A stretch of 64,000 nt of DNA from Vicugna vicugna (Eukaryota). The position numbers and the translations under genes were made by a program. The notes beneath the pieces are model-generated. The model ran no database searches and was not told the DNA's origin. It worked only from the letters and a program-made list of their open reading frames with translations. The stretch covers positions 62,001-126,000 of the forward strand of contig MU058844.1 of assembly GCA_013265495.1 (NCBI GenBank), written 5' to 3'. Positions within the stretch are counted from its first letter, which is position 1, and every line of letters begins with the position of its first letter. This document shows positions 22,961-35,249 of this stretch, piece after piece.

Positions 22961-24074
22961 CATACCTTCCACTCTCCTGGGGACATGAACTAAGTAACTA
23001 GTTTTCAAAGGCCCCAGGCAAAGGGCTTGAGTGAGTATTATGGGGTGGTGTGCCCTCTGCCCCCATCAGGAGGCTGCTGCAGCCCCCAGGGCCCCTGCTT
23101 CTGCAAGAGGAGCAGTTCCTTTAAAAAAACAAAAACAAAAACTATTTCATATATTGGAGTCCTGTTCAAGAATTCTTTGGGGAAAAAGAATTCCACTTTT
23201 CAGAAGCAAAAATGGAAGAAAGCCCCAAGCCCACGTGATCTTTTTATCTCTTCTCCATATACTACGATTTCCTAGATCTGCACGAAGACTTCCTCCTTCT
23301 CCTATTTCCAGCTTATCAGATATTTCTCCACGTTACTGCAACACTCTGGTTCCTCCTTTGAGCACTTGGGTGCTGACTGAGCCACCTCTTACAACTGGTG
23401 AATGGCCAAGTGTCCAGACTTCAGAGCCACAGAGCCATGGACCTTTCTCACAGACCTGCTGAGGGCAGAAAGAGGCAGTTTGAAGCTGTGCTGAGGCCAA
23501 CACAGGGTGGGACACACTGCAGTGAGGACAAGGGTGATGGGGAGAAGGCACCAGAAGCTAAAAGCCACCAAACCTGGTAGAGAGGTTCTCCTTTGCTTCT
23601 CTTGGATGAAGTCTTTGTGGGTTGTCATGGATTTCAGTCCTATCACGGCTGTCTGTGAATTGAGGATATTCTTTATGGAGTGTCAGGACGGGTGGCTTCA
23701 AAGGCTGTATAGGGTGGTGGGAAAAGCTCAGGGAGGAACCAGAGCAGAGCTCTGTCACTGCTTGGCACCTGATGACCTTCAATATATATAAAATGTGCAT
23801 TGCTTCTCCCTACATACCTCACTCAGTAGTCCTAGGTACACCACTTGGGAGACCACTTTAAAAAGCACAAAGTGACATGAGAATGGGTATCTATTAAAAC
23901 AAAAAATGTTTTAATTACATGTATATGTTCTTTAATAAATGAAGAAAAAGCGGGAGCTTCCAGACCCTCTTTGAAGACAGCATGCTGGAGTTGGCCTTGC
24001 CAATGTGATTCCAGACTTGGCTTCAAGGGCCAGCTACTTACCAACCATTCCCAAATCCATAACCCATTCAGATT

Positions 24075-25505
24075 TCTCTCCTGAGATTCCAGCCCATGGT
24101 TCTTACTCTGTATTGAACAGCTTCATGTGGATTCCTCCCACATTCCCCAGCAATTCCTAAAATGGGGCTCACTGGCATCTCTCTGAAACTGGCTCCTTCA
24201 GCAGTGTTTTAGTTCAGAAGATGGCATCCCCATCCACACATTCCAGATACCTGGCTGCCATTCTTGACTGCTTCCCTACCTCATCCCTCACATTTTATCA
24301 ACGTCAAGGTTCTGTTGATTCAATCCAGTCTTAAGAAGGTCTTGAATCTCTCTACTTCTCTCCAGCTCTAACGGTATGAGCTGGACTAGACCACCCCCAT
24401 CTCTGGCCTGGATGACTACAATTGCCACCTATTGGTTATCCTGCTTCTGGTCTTGTCCCCTGCCCTGAGTCTCAGACTCCAAATCACCAAACAGAACTTT
24501 CTGAAACATAGACATACAGAATGATGGTCTTTCTAGAACACATGTATGATCATCTGATCCTCATGCTTAAACCCCTTTGATGGTTTCCAATATTTTTTAG
24601 GATAAAGTCCTAAATCTTTAATACACACATGCAAAGTTAGTCCCTAACCATCTCTCCAGGCATCTCTACTCTCAATTCTCTAGCCAAACTGCATCTTGTT
24701 CAGTTCTCTAAACATTCTGTTCTCTCAGTTCTACCCCTTTGCACATGTTCCTCCATCTGCTGAGAACACACCCCCCGTGATGGTTAATTTTGTGTGTCAA
24801 CTTGACTGGGCTAAGGAATAACTGGTAAAACACTATTTCTGGGTGTGTCTGTGAGAGTGTTTCTGGAAGAGATTATCATTTGAAACAGTAGCCTGAGTAA
24901 AGGAGATCTCCCTCACCAATGCAGGTTCTGATCTGTAGATGGTCTGAATAGGAAAAAAAGGGGAGGGGGTGAATCTGCTGTCTGCTTGAGCAGGGACATC
25001 TATCTTCAAACTGGCTCCCCTGCCTGGTCTCAGGCCTTTGGACTCAGACTGAATTACACCACTGGTTTTCCTGGTTCTCCAGCTTGTTGACCATAGATCG
25101 TAGGACTTCTGGCTTCCATGACTGTCTGATCCAGTTCCTATACTAAATCTCTTCTGTGTATCTCTCTATATATCCTATTGGTTCTCTTTCTCTGAAGACC
25201 CCTGACTTACCCACTCCCATCAACTCCCACTCATCCTTTGGGTCTCGGCCTAGATGGCACTTTTTCTAGGAAGCTTTCAATGACTTTCCAAGACTGAAGC
25301 AGATACTGCTCTACTCATTTCCACAAGCACCTTGTCCCACCTTCATTTTAGCTCTTACCATAATGCGCATGTTACAATTCCTAGTAGACTTAACTGCTTT
25401 TACCATCAGGCTGCAAACTTCACAAAAGTTAGCATATATTCTGTTTACATTTGGATGCTCTGTACAGGTCATAGCCAGACATCTACCATGTGCTAATAAA
25501 TTTTA
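24075..25505 (+). mobile_element. L2 LINE (long 3' fragment, interrupted by MLT2)
   Basis: ctctggcctggatgactaca...tgcttaaacccctttgatggtttcc...ggataaagtcctaaatcttt...tttgcacatgttcc. Confidence 0.8.
24776..25211 (+). mobile_element. ERVL solo LTR (MLT2-like) inserted in L2
   Basis: gtgatggttaattttgtgtgtcaacttgactgggctaagga...tatcctattggttctctttctctgaagacccctgact. Confidence 0.88.
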
Positions 25506-27649
25506 TCTTTCTGACTAAAGCAATCAGACTGCCAAAAGTATGAGGTGCCTTTTAGCAGAAATATTAAGGAAATATTAAGAATCACTAGTGAGAAAGGGTA
25601 TGTTTGCTAAGGAGAACATTTCAGACAGATATGCAAGTCAGACTGTGCTGTAACAATACCAAGAACTGATTCTTAACACCTTGGCAATTTGCTAACTTCT
25701 CTATTTCCTAGAAGTCCACATTATTTTAGTGTTTGTTTATAGAAGTTGTGAAACAAAATCTTCTTCTATGTATTTAAGAACTTCGTGAATTTCCCTTAAT
25801 TTCTCCATGGCTTCAAATCCTAGTTTTCAATCCTCTGTATTTTGCTGTGACCTTTGGGACCCTCCACTTGTGAATGGTCCTGGGATTGAAATCTCCTCCT
25901 GATGACAATACCTGAAACAGAGTTGTTATGAAAAGTGTGTACACGCCTGGGTCAGGAGGCAGGAGAAGTGTGGGGCTTTTATTTTCCATGTTTAATCAAC
26001 ACTTTAATTTCCCTGTTTCCCAAAGTTTTCAAACTATGGGCAACTGGTTAAGCTATTTTAATTATTGTATTTCCCCACATATTTTCTTTCATTTTCAAAC
26101 ATAAATTATAGATTCAAAATGTATGAGACCCTCCCTGGTGTCAAACTACAGAAAGTGCAAAGACCTGGATTTAAGTCTTAACTCCATCTTTTACAAGCTT
26201 GTGACCTTGGACCAACTACCTAACCTCTCTGAACATCAGCTTCTTCCTCTGCAAACAAAGCAAGAGGGACACAAACCTCACACCTTCCTCTCTGCCTTGA
26301 GCGTGGGAGGCACTGTATGAATGTTGGTGCCCTTCCCAAACAGCTCTGCTATTAATTACATCCATGACCATGTAATGGTCTCTATGGAATCTCTGCAGAT
26401 TGAAATGATTTTCTAGGATAACAAATCTTCAGTGTTAGCAGAAGCAGGTGCCGGCCAGTCTCAGTGTCCATACTCACCCAAGCTGCTAAAACTTTTAAGA
26501 CTCTTATTAAATGATAGGATTGTTTGCCTTTTTCCCTCCAAAGTAGTACTCACGCGCTCTGCTCATTCTTGGGGCCTTGGGGAGGAGAAAAACCTCTTCC
26601 CACATAGAAAACTGAGTCACTGACCTCTATGGACTCTGGGTCCAGAAATCAGCTGGACCACCACCAGTGGAAGTAAAATCATACGAACGGGGGGAGGGGG
26701 GTGCAATGTGCAAAGGTGGAGAGTCAAAAAATTCTACAGGAAGCCAAATATAAGAAGCTGGAGGCATGACCGTCTTAGCTCAGCAGTTGGACACCCTATA
26801 GAGTGAGATTTCCCAAAACTGATTACTTACCATTGCCCACCACCTGGAACCTACAGAGATTTTTCACAGTTAGTATCTCTTTTCATTCTTACAACTGTCC
26901 TGAGAGGTTGGCAAATATTATTATATCAATTTTCCAGAAGAAGAAGCCAAGGAGAGTATGCCCGGATTACAAGCTTACACAAGCTGGAGCCGGGACATCA
27001 CCTGGGACTTCCAGTACTCAGACCTGTACCCTTTCTACCACATTCTCCTGCCTCTCATACCACTGGGGAGGAGGAAGATTCCAAATAAGTCAGAGGGAGC
27101 ATATCTCAGGAACCCCTTCACAGGACCACAGAGGGAAAAGCACCAGACTAGGGTACAAAAGACCTGGGTTCCATTCCCAACCACTCACTCTTGAGATGAC
27201 AGTCTTATTATCTCTGCAAAGAACAGGTAGCAGTAAATGATTCCAAGTCGCCTCTCATGTTTCTATTTCTTGAATGTGTATCTTTAGTTATTTTAGTGTA
27301 TAACCCAAAAGAAATGCCAAAAAGAATGGAGGTGGGGGTGGGCCATCACAAGTTCAGCAGCAATGATGGTATCTTTGACCTGAGGTGACTATGGCTGAAT
27401 TTAGAAGCTGGGATTTTCATTCGCGGCTTTTTGAAACTAGGCCTCACTGAACTTCAGTTAATCTTTCCACATCTCGGTTTCCTCATATGAAAAACAGGGA
27501 TGACAGTAACTTCAGCACAGAAAAGAGGAATTCTCAGCTCCTTCCTCCCTGCCATCTTGCTTCTTCCCAGCCTCCCTGCTGCCAACGCAAGGGAAGGGGA
27601 GTTGCTGTTCTGATTCATCAGAGTCTGGGACTAGAGGTAGAACATAGTA

Positions 27650-27968
27650 CAGTTGTCCGTCTGTATCTGTGGGGTCTGCATCTGTGGATTCAACCAGTTG
27701 TAGACTGAAAATATTCAGAAAAAGAAAAAATTCCACAAAGTTCCAAAAAGCAAAACTTGACTTTGTCACTTGACAGCAACTATTTAAATAGCATTTACAT
27801 TGTATTAGTATTATAAGTAATCTAGAGATGATTTAAACTATACAGGAGGATGTGGGTAGGTTATAACCAAACACTACACCATTTTACATAAGGGACTTGA
27901 GCATCCTTGGATTTTGGTATCTGTGGGGGTCCTGAAACCAATCTCCTATAGATACCAAGGGACGACTG
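27650..27968. mobile_element. MER2/Tigger-family element, complete
   Basis: TA|cagttgtccgtctgtatct ... agataccaagggacgactg|TA: TIRs with the TA target duplication. Confidence 0.9.
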
Positions 27969-28351
27969 TAATTAGGAGCAAGGTTGCTGTCCTTAGGGAC
28001 GCTTCTCTTTCTTTTCTATTATATGCAGTTGGGTGGGCAAGTGGACCCAGCCCTCTCTCTTACTCTTCACTTCCTCTATGTAAGTCACTAAAAAGACAAG
28101 GCAAGTTATCAGTCACTTTATTTTCTCTGTCATTTATCATCTTTCATGCATGCATCCTTCTAGAGGGTACTAAGATCCCAAGATTCATATCCAGGTAGGA
28201 GTAAGGTTTTGCTTAGATGTCAAGGGCTAAGCCATGTGCTTTTATTCACTTTCAATCAAAACCTGTAACGGGGATTATTAGCGACTTAGTTAATCAAAAG
28301 CATTATTGTCTTCTTTGACCCATGTCCTCTGCTCACCTCTTTCTAGGGAAC

Positions 28352-28610
28352 CGTGGTAGCTAATCTCCAAGACTGCCCCCAGTGAGCCCCCACTCCTGGT
28401 ATTTATATCTTACTGGAGTCTCCTCTCATACTGTATAGGGTTGATCTATATGACCAACAGAATCAGGCATGAGTGATGGTATGAAACTGCTGAACTAGTT
28501 ACAAAAGATGCTGTGGCTTCTGTCCTGATCTCTCTCTCTGAGATCATTCACTCTGGGGAAAGCCAGGTGCAGGTTTTGAGAAGCCCTGTGAAGAGGCCTC
28601 TGTGATTCCT
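28352..28610 (+). mobile_element. MaLR LTR 5' part (MLT1E/F-like)
   Basis: gtggtagctaatctccaagactgccccc...ctcctggtatt...cactctggggaaagccag. Confidence 0.6.
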
Positions 28611-28894
28611 TCCCAGAACAAACCCATCCTCTTTTCTTTCTGTCCCTGTCCCCACTGCCCAGAGCACCCATTCTATTCCATCAGCCATATATGAGGCCTT
28701 GACTGACTTTCCCTTGCTCCCTGAGACCAGGAATAGACTATTTCTTATTTGTCTTTGTATCCTCTGTGCCTAGCACAGTGCCAGGCATATAGTAGTCTCT
28801 CAATAAATGCCTGCTGAATAAAGAAACAGAGGGAAATTTAGTTTTATACATCATACCTCATAAGTAACTCATTTTTTCCTTTTATTCAAGTATC

Positions 28895-29472
28895 AGTTTT
28901 TAACGGCTCTATTGAGATATAATATACAAAGAGCTGCACATACTTAATACGTACCTTTTGATGAGTTTGGACATATGGACAAACCCGTGATATCATCACG
29001 ACAATCAAGGTAACAGTCATGTCCAACACAATACCTCTCAAATTTCCTTGTGTTCTTTTGGGTTTTTTGGTTGTTGTTTTTGCTCATTCGTTTTTTTTTT
29101 ATAGGTAAGAACACTTATCATGAAATCTACCCATTCAAACTGTACACTTAACAAATTTTGAAGTGAACCATAGTCTTGCTAACTATATGCCATATGTTGT
29201 ACAACAGATGTCTGGAACTTACTCATCTAGCATAACCGAAACTTTATACCCATGCAGCAACTCTCCATTTCCCCCCTCCGCCTAGCCCTGAGCACCCAGT
29301 ACTGTATTCTCTGCTTCCATGAGTTTGACTACTTTAGACATCTTGGATAAGCGGAATAATTCAGCATTTGTCCTTCTGTGACTGGCTTATCTCACTTAGT
29401 ACAATGTCTTCCGGGTTCATCCATGTGATTACAAATGGCAGAATTTCCTTCTTTCTTAAGGCTGAAAAATAA
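28895..29472 (-). mobile_element. L1MA-like 3' end
   Basis: gtaagaacactta...tgttgtacaacagat...gtccttctgtgactggcttatctcacttag...tcttaaggctgaa. Confidence 0.85.
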
Positions 29473-30258
29473 TTCATGTTTTAAATGTTGAAAGTATAGG
29501 GTTTGACGTTTCTTTTCAGTAGAAGCCAAATGTAGAAATCTATAACAGACATTTAAGATCACTGAATAAGTCTGTGTGTAAAAATAAGGGACAAACCCCT
29601 AAAGAAATCTTTTGAACTTAAATAGGGGTTTCTATTGTCTTTAAAATTTCCCTCATAATTTTAGTTCCAACATTAACATAGAGTGAATCTCTTCACCATA
29701 ATTGGAGAACTTTATTTTTTTCTCTTGTGTCCAAATGCCTAATTAAATTATATCCAGTGTTTATTAAATTATCCTCAATTAAGCTGAATATTTTGGCCCC
29801 CAGGGTGCATTAATTCTAAATCTCTTATTGTTGTCACTTTGGAAGTAACTGTTTTTACTCTATCATACATTTCCCTGTGACTGGTGGAGGTTAATTCCAA
29901 AGACTGAGTGCAAAAGAATGGAGGGGAATAACCAGAAAGGCCAGTTTGACATTTTGTTTGTCTCCTAAATTTGTAATCTTGTTATTGAGCTAACATTGAG
30001 CCAAAAGCTCTGGAAATTTGTTCCCATTATTTGTGCATGTCTCCCCCTTCCCTCAAAAGCAGTCTTCAGAAATTGGCCAGTTGATTTATACTTAGGTATT
30101 GAAAAGTTCAAAAGCCTTAATTCAGAAGGAGGCCAAATTTATTTTTTAAATGATTAAGAAGAAAAATAAAGAGTTAGAAGGAAAAGGTATAAGTAGACAT
30201 CATACTCATGTTGTATCTAAGAAAGTTCTGAAAAGTTAAACCTCTCTATACAAATTCA

Positions 30259-30445
30259 TGTGTGGTATGGCATGTGTGTGCATGTGTGTGCGTGTGTATA
30301 CAAAAACGGAACAGTCAAACCTCTATATACAGTTCAGGCAAGTGTGTGTGTTTGTGTGTATATATATATATATACACACATACATACATATGTGCATATA
30401 TGCATATATATGCGGAGATATATACAAATATTATATAAGCGTATA
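30259..30445. repeat. Compound (TG)/(TA)/(CA) microsatellite-like low-complexity tract
   Basis: gtgtgtgcatgtgtgtgcgtgtgtata...gtgtgtgtatatatatatatatacacacatacatacatatgtgcatatatgc. Confidence 0.85.
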
Positions 30446-32829
30446 TTTTAAAATCCCCTACTTCTTTGATGTAGGGTACAGTGTTCGCATATCATCCTGG
30501 GATAATCTCCCAAGGAGTCATTTGATCAGAGCATACAGTTCTATTTATCCAGTTTCTGAGGATTAGTCTCAGGGGCAACTTTATGCAATATATATTGGCT
30601 ACTATACAAGGCTTCTCTACTTAAATCAAATGTCCAAATTGAGATCCAGCAAGACAAACAGTATTTTCTCTTCTGCATATGCCAATGTCTGCATATGTGG
30701 AGTGGAATATTACATTGGTAGTAAAGAAGCCAAATCTTTTGACAATTTCCATCCTTTCCCTCTTCCTAGATGATTTTGGGATTTAGATGTATGACAAGCA
30801 GAAAGAATAGGAGGAAAATACTTTTTCTTGGAATCCAGAGAAGGCCAATTTCCATTTTTTTTTTGAGAACTGCAGAACATACATAAAACAGGACACGTCT
30901 CTAAAAAGCTCTGACATATGTATCAGCCACAACCTTTTTGTGTTAAAACAGCCACAGAAATACTGTTGCTGCCAAAAAAAAAAAAGTGCTGTCTGAAACC
31001 TTTTTTCGCTTCTTCCCTGCAAGGACAACTCGGGCTTCATTAAATCATTATCAGAAGACAAGATCTGTTGTTTTGGGGCAGACAGGTCAATGGAGGTTTG
31101 ATCAACATTGTCTCCTTCGTGTGGTCACAGAGTTGTCAGGAGTTGACCATGCAGCTGTTGGTTAAAAACAATAATCATCTAAAGAAAAGTACATGAATAG
31201 TGCTTCTACTTTCCTGGAACTGGGAGTTGGCTTCCTTGGACCCTCTCTCCTTCCTTCCAGCTTCAAAAAAGAAATTGCTAAATATTCAATTTGGTGTTTG
31301 CCTAAGGATAGCTAAACAAATCTTCTAGTGAGGTGTCTGTCCTTATTTCTGAGAAGGCAATCCATCACTCAGTTTGATTCTAACAAAAACAAATTTACAG
31401 AAACCATAGGGGAAAGGGGATTTATCAACAAAGGTCAACTAAAATAAATACCAATTTTGAAAACAAGGTTTTCTGTCAAAGCTATGGGAGCACTTGAAAG
31501 ACATAAAGAGATCTTTTGGGTTCCAAAGTCTCCACCTGTCTGGTTGGTCTTCAAACATCAGGGAGTAAAGCAGAATGTGTACAGTGTCAGCAAAAGTTTC
31601 TTCTTTAGAAACATAGTTTGGGGTGGTGGTGGGTAGGAGGTTATCAGGAATAAATAGGAGATTGTGAGGGGTCAAATGTTCTTCTGCTTTTATGCTCCAA
31701 AAGTGGCCCTTTCTCAGTCATATTCTTAAACTCAGAGTTGTTAAGATGATCATGAAGAATGTCAGAAGCAGCAGAATCAGAAAGCAAGACACTGAGCTGC
31801 ACAGTCTCACCCCTAGGCTTGCTCTCTGACATGAGAATCTGTCTAGAATTTTTTTCTCATTGATCCCCAAAGAGACACTACTTCCAGAGCCAGAGCCAGA
31901 GCCAGGATAAGAATAATTGTATTCAAAGCCTTTGTTTGGGTGTAGAAACTACCTATTTTGCTCCTGGGTCATAGAGAATATCTGAACTTCAACAGCCATC
32001 CCTCTTCTACTTGAAACAAAAGAACGTGGTTAGTTCAAGAAGGTGGACTGAGCTAACACTGCTACTTCTCCTCCCTCCCAAATCCTGGGGAAATGGTATA
32101 CATAGAATGAGACTAAGTCCTAGTCCTAGGGAAGACTAAGTACTAGAAAATGCCTGTTGAGTAGAAACTAAAGTTCTAGGTTGTTCCAGACAGACAGAAA
32201 TACCAGAGAGCTGAGAAACACAGGTGCAGGAGGGGGGCTGCTGGGTGAATAATTCTGTAGCCCATAAGCTTCCTCAGGACAAGTCATCCTCTATCTTACT
32301 CATTACTGCACCCTCTGTGCCTTGTAGAGCTCCTGGTACAGAGGAGATGTTCAATAGTGACTATTAAATATGAATATACTGGTTTTCCTAAGAGAAAAAC
32401 AAACTCAAGTTCAGCAGGAGAGGACAGGAAGGTATTATGGAATCCTGACTGGGGACTTGAAACACTGCCAGGGCAGTGCCTCCCAGGTTGCCCACTGGGG
32501 AGCTGGTTATACTGTTTACCCTTAGAAATCTCTGAGTAAAGGAATGGACCAGTCATGGGGGACTCCTAGAATATGGATGGGGCCAGGGATAACAGTTGGG
32601 CATGGCCCAGATATTACTGAATTGTTAATTTAGGAAAGGCAACTTAGAACAGGTGTGGAATCCTGTGAGGTGCTCTAAGGGGGCAAATGTCCCTACCTGC
32701 TTATTTGAGGAGTGCCTCCAACCTGCTGACCTATCCACCCTGCCCATAAATGTTGACGCACAACACATCCATCACAGTCAGTCAATCAGAATCCAGGGGC
32801 AGGCCTGGCCAGAGATATTGGAAGGAAAC

Positions 32830-34520
32830 CTTAATAATTGCTCAGGAAATGATATCAGATACAAATAATGATAAATGTATAAATGAACAACTCAGCATCA
32901 TCAGACCTTTGAATTAAACTCATAGCCTAAGGCTGAGCCAGTAGAGAATTGACATCTCAGGAACAAGGAAATGTAAGAAACCAAAGACAATGTTGAAAAT
33001 TTTTTATTTGGTACCTGAGATACCATGGATATTATATCTATTAAACAAGAGTCATCTGCCATTGACTAGATAAAGAAGATGTGGTATAGTTCTACAATGG
33101 AATACTACTCAGCCATAAAAACCAACAACATAATGCCATTTGCAGCAACATGGATGCTCCTGGAGAATGTCATTCTAAGTGAAGTAAGCCAGAAAGAGAA
33201 AGAAAAATACCATATGAGATCGCTCATATGTGGAATCTAAAAAAAAAAAAAGAAAGAAAAAACAAACAAAGCAAGCATAAATACAAAACAGAAATAGACT
33301 GACAGACATAGAATACAAACTTCTGGTTACCAAGGGGGCGGGGAGTGGGAAGAGATAGACTGGGATTTCAAAATTGTAGAATAGATAAACAAGATTATAC
33401 TGTATAGCACAGGGAAATATATACAAGATCTTATGGTAGCTCATAGAGAAAAAAATGTGACAATGAATATATATATGTTCATGTACAACTGAAAAATTGT
33501 GCTCTACACTGGAATTTGACACAACATTGTAAAATGATTATAAATCAATAAAAAATGTTTAAAAAAACTCATCTGCCATAGAAAAAGCCAGGGAAAAAGA
33601 AAGACATCTTAAAAATTAAAAATATGATTAACAAACACAAAACTCAATGTCGAGGATGAATTACAGAATAGATACACTTGAAAAGAGAAGTATTGATTTG
33701 GAACACCAAATCAAGGTATCCTTCCCTGAACATGCAGCAAAAAGTTAGAGAAAAAAATTTTTTGAGAAAAAAAGAAATACAGAAGATTCAGATTAAAGAA
33801 AAAAACAAACTGTTCAATAGGAATTACAGGATCTCATGGATAAGATGACAGGAAGCCATTACTAGAAAAATACTCTCCTAGGTTAAATAAGTACTTATGT
33901 CTCTAGGTTAAAATTTAATACCCAAAAATGCTGGGCCTGCTAAGTGCCAAGAGGAAGTACATAGATATATTCCACTGGTATTTCTGAATTCAAAAATTAA
34001 AGAGAAAATCCCAAGCATCTTGGTGGTGGGGTAGGGTGGTAACAGTTTCCTATAAAGAATTAGGATTAGGCTGGTAACAAGCTTCCATTTTTAATACTAA
34101 ATGTTAGGCAACAACATAACTTAAGCAAACTTTGAAGAAATTGAATTTTGAATCTACAATTCTATACACAGCTATACTAGCCTTTAAGCATGTGAGCAAA
34201 ATAAAGACATTTTCCATGTGCAAGGATTTGGAATGTATACCACAATGGAAGAAAAAGTTTAATAAAATATTTCAGTTAGAACTAAATTAAAGTCATTTCT
34301 TCATTCTAAAAAACAGTAACTGCTAGCTAGACACATGGTAGGTATTGCTTTCCCTCCATTCAGAAATTTTCATAGTATATATGTGATTGGAAGAACAAGA
34401 AAGGAAGTAAAAGGTTATAAGTGGTGTTTTTTACACTTAAATGAAGAATAACAGGCATGTATTTCATGAACAAACATGATTTCCAGAGAAACAAATGGAC
34501 AAATACTTCACATAAAAAGG
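32830..34520 (+). mobile_element. Old L1/HAL1 ORF1-like remnant interrupted by the young L1 at 33063
   Basis: A-rich ORF1-like text (aaactcaatg...gaattacagaatagatacac...tttgaatctacaattctatacacagcta) continues across the TSD-bounded insertion. Confidence 0.55.
33063..33568 (+). mobile_element. Camelid-type L1 3' end (~500 bp)
   Basis: ORF2 C-terminus/3' UTR (atggaatactactcagccataaaa...gcagcaacatggatg) with A tail. TSD tcatctgccat (33052-33062, 33569-33579). Confidence 0.92.
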
Positions 34521-34554
34521 CTTAAAAATAAATAGAAAGATTTCAATCAAGTTT

Positions 34555-35018
34555 GTGTATAACAGAAATACTTAAAACAATAGTGGTTTGAATAAAAGAA
34601 TTTGTTTCTCACATAAAATAAGCCTAATAGGTATTTTAGGGTTGGTTTAGCAGGAACAGTGTCATCAGGAACATAGACCTCTAAATTTCTGTTCTGTCAC
34701 TTTCAGGTCTGGCTGACCTTCAAGTCATCTGATAGTCCTAAGGGGCTGCTGGAATTCCACCCATCATATCCACATTCCAGGTAGTAGGAAGGGCAAATGG
34801 TAATCACAATGGAGACAGCATTCCTGGACCCCATTCAATACTTCTATTTAAATTTAATTAGCCAGAATTTTGTCACATGCTCATACTTTGGGCAAGAGAG
34901 AATGGAAATTTAGTTTTGTATTCTGTGTGGTAAAGTACTGTGAACTGTACATCAGAACTCTTGTTTCAAAGGAGGAAGGGGAGAGTGGACACTAAAGACC
35001 ACCAGTAGTATCTGCACA
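34555..35018 (-). mobile_element. Old MaLR LTR (MLT1J/K-like)
   Basis: taacagaaatacttaaaacaatagtggtttgaa...cacattccaggtagtaggaag...gccagaattttgtcacatg. Confidence 0.6.
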
Positions 35019-35249
35019 CAATACCACTTTCCTGATCAGGAAGATTCAGTTTTACAAAGAACTCAAATTTCCTCAGGTTAATCTACAAATTCAATGCAAC
35101 GCCAATGACTTCTTTTCCTCCTAATTTAAAAAACGGAGGTAAAACTTGATATGCACAGTGAAACACGCACATCTTAACTGTTACAGTTTAACGAGTTTTG
35201 ACAAAGGCATACAGCAGTAAAAAACAACATGCCTATCAAGATCAAGCAC

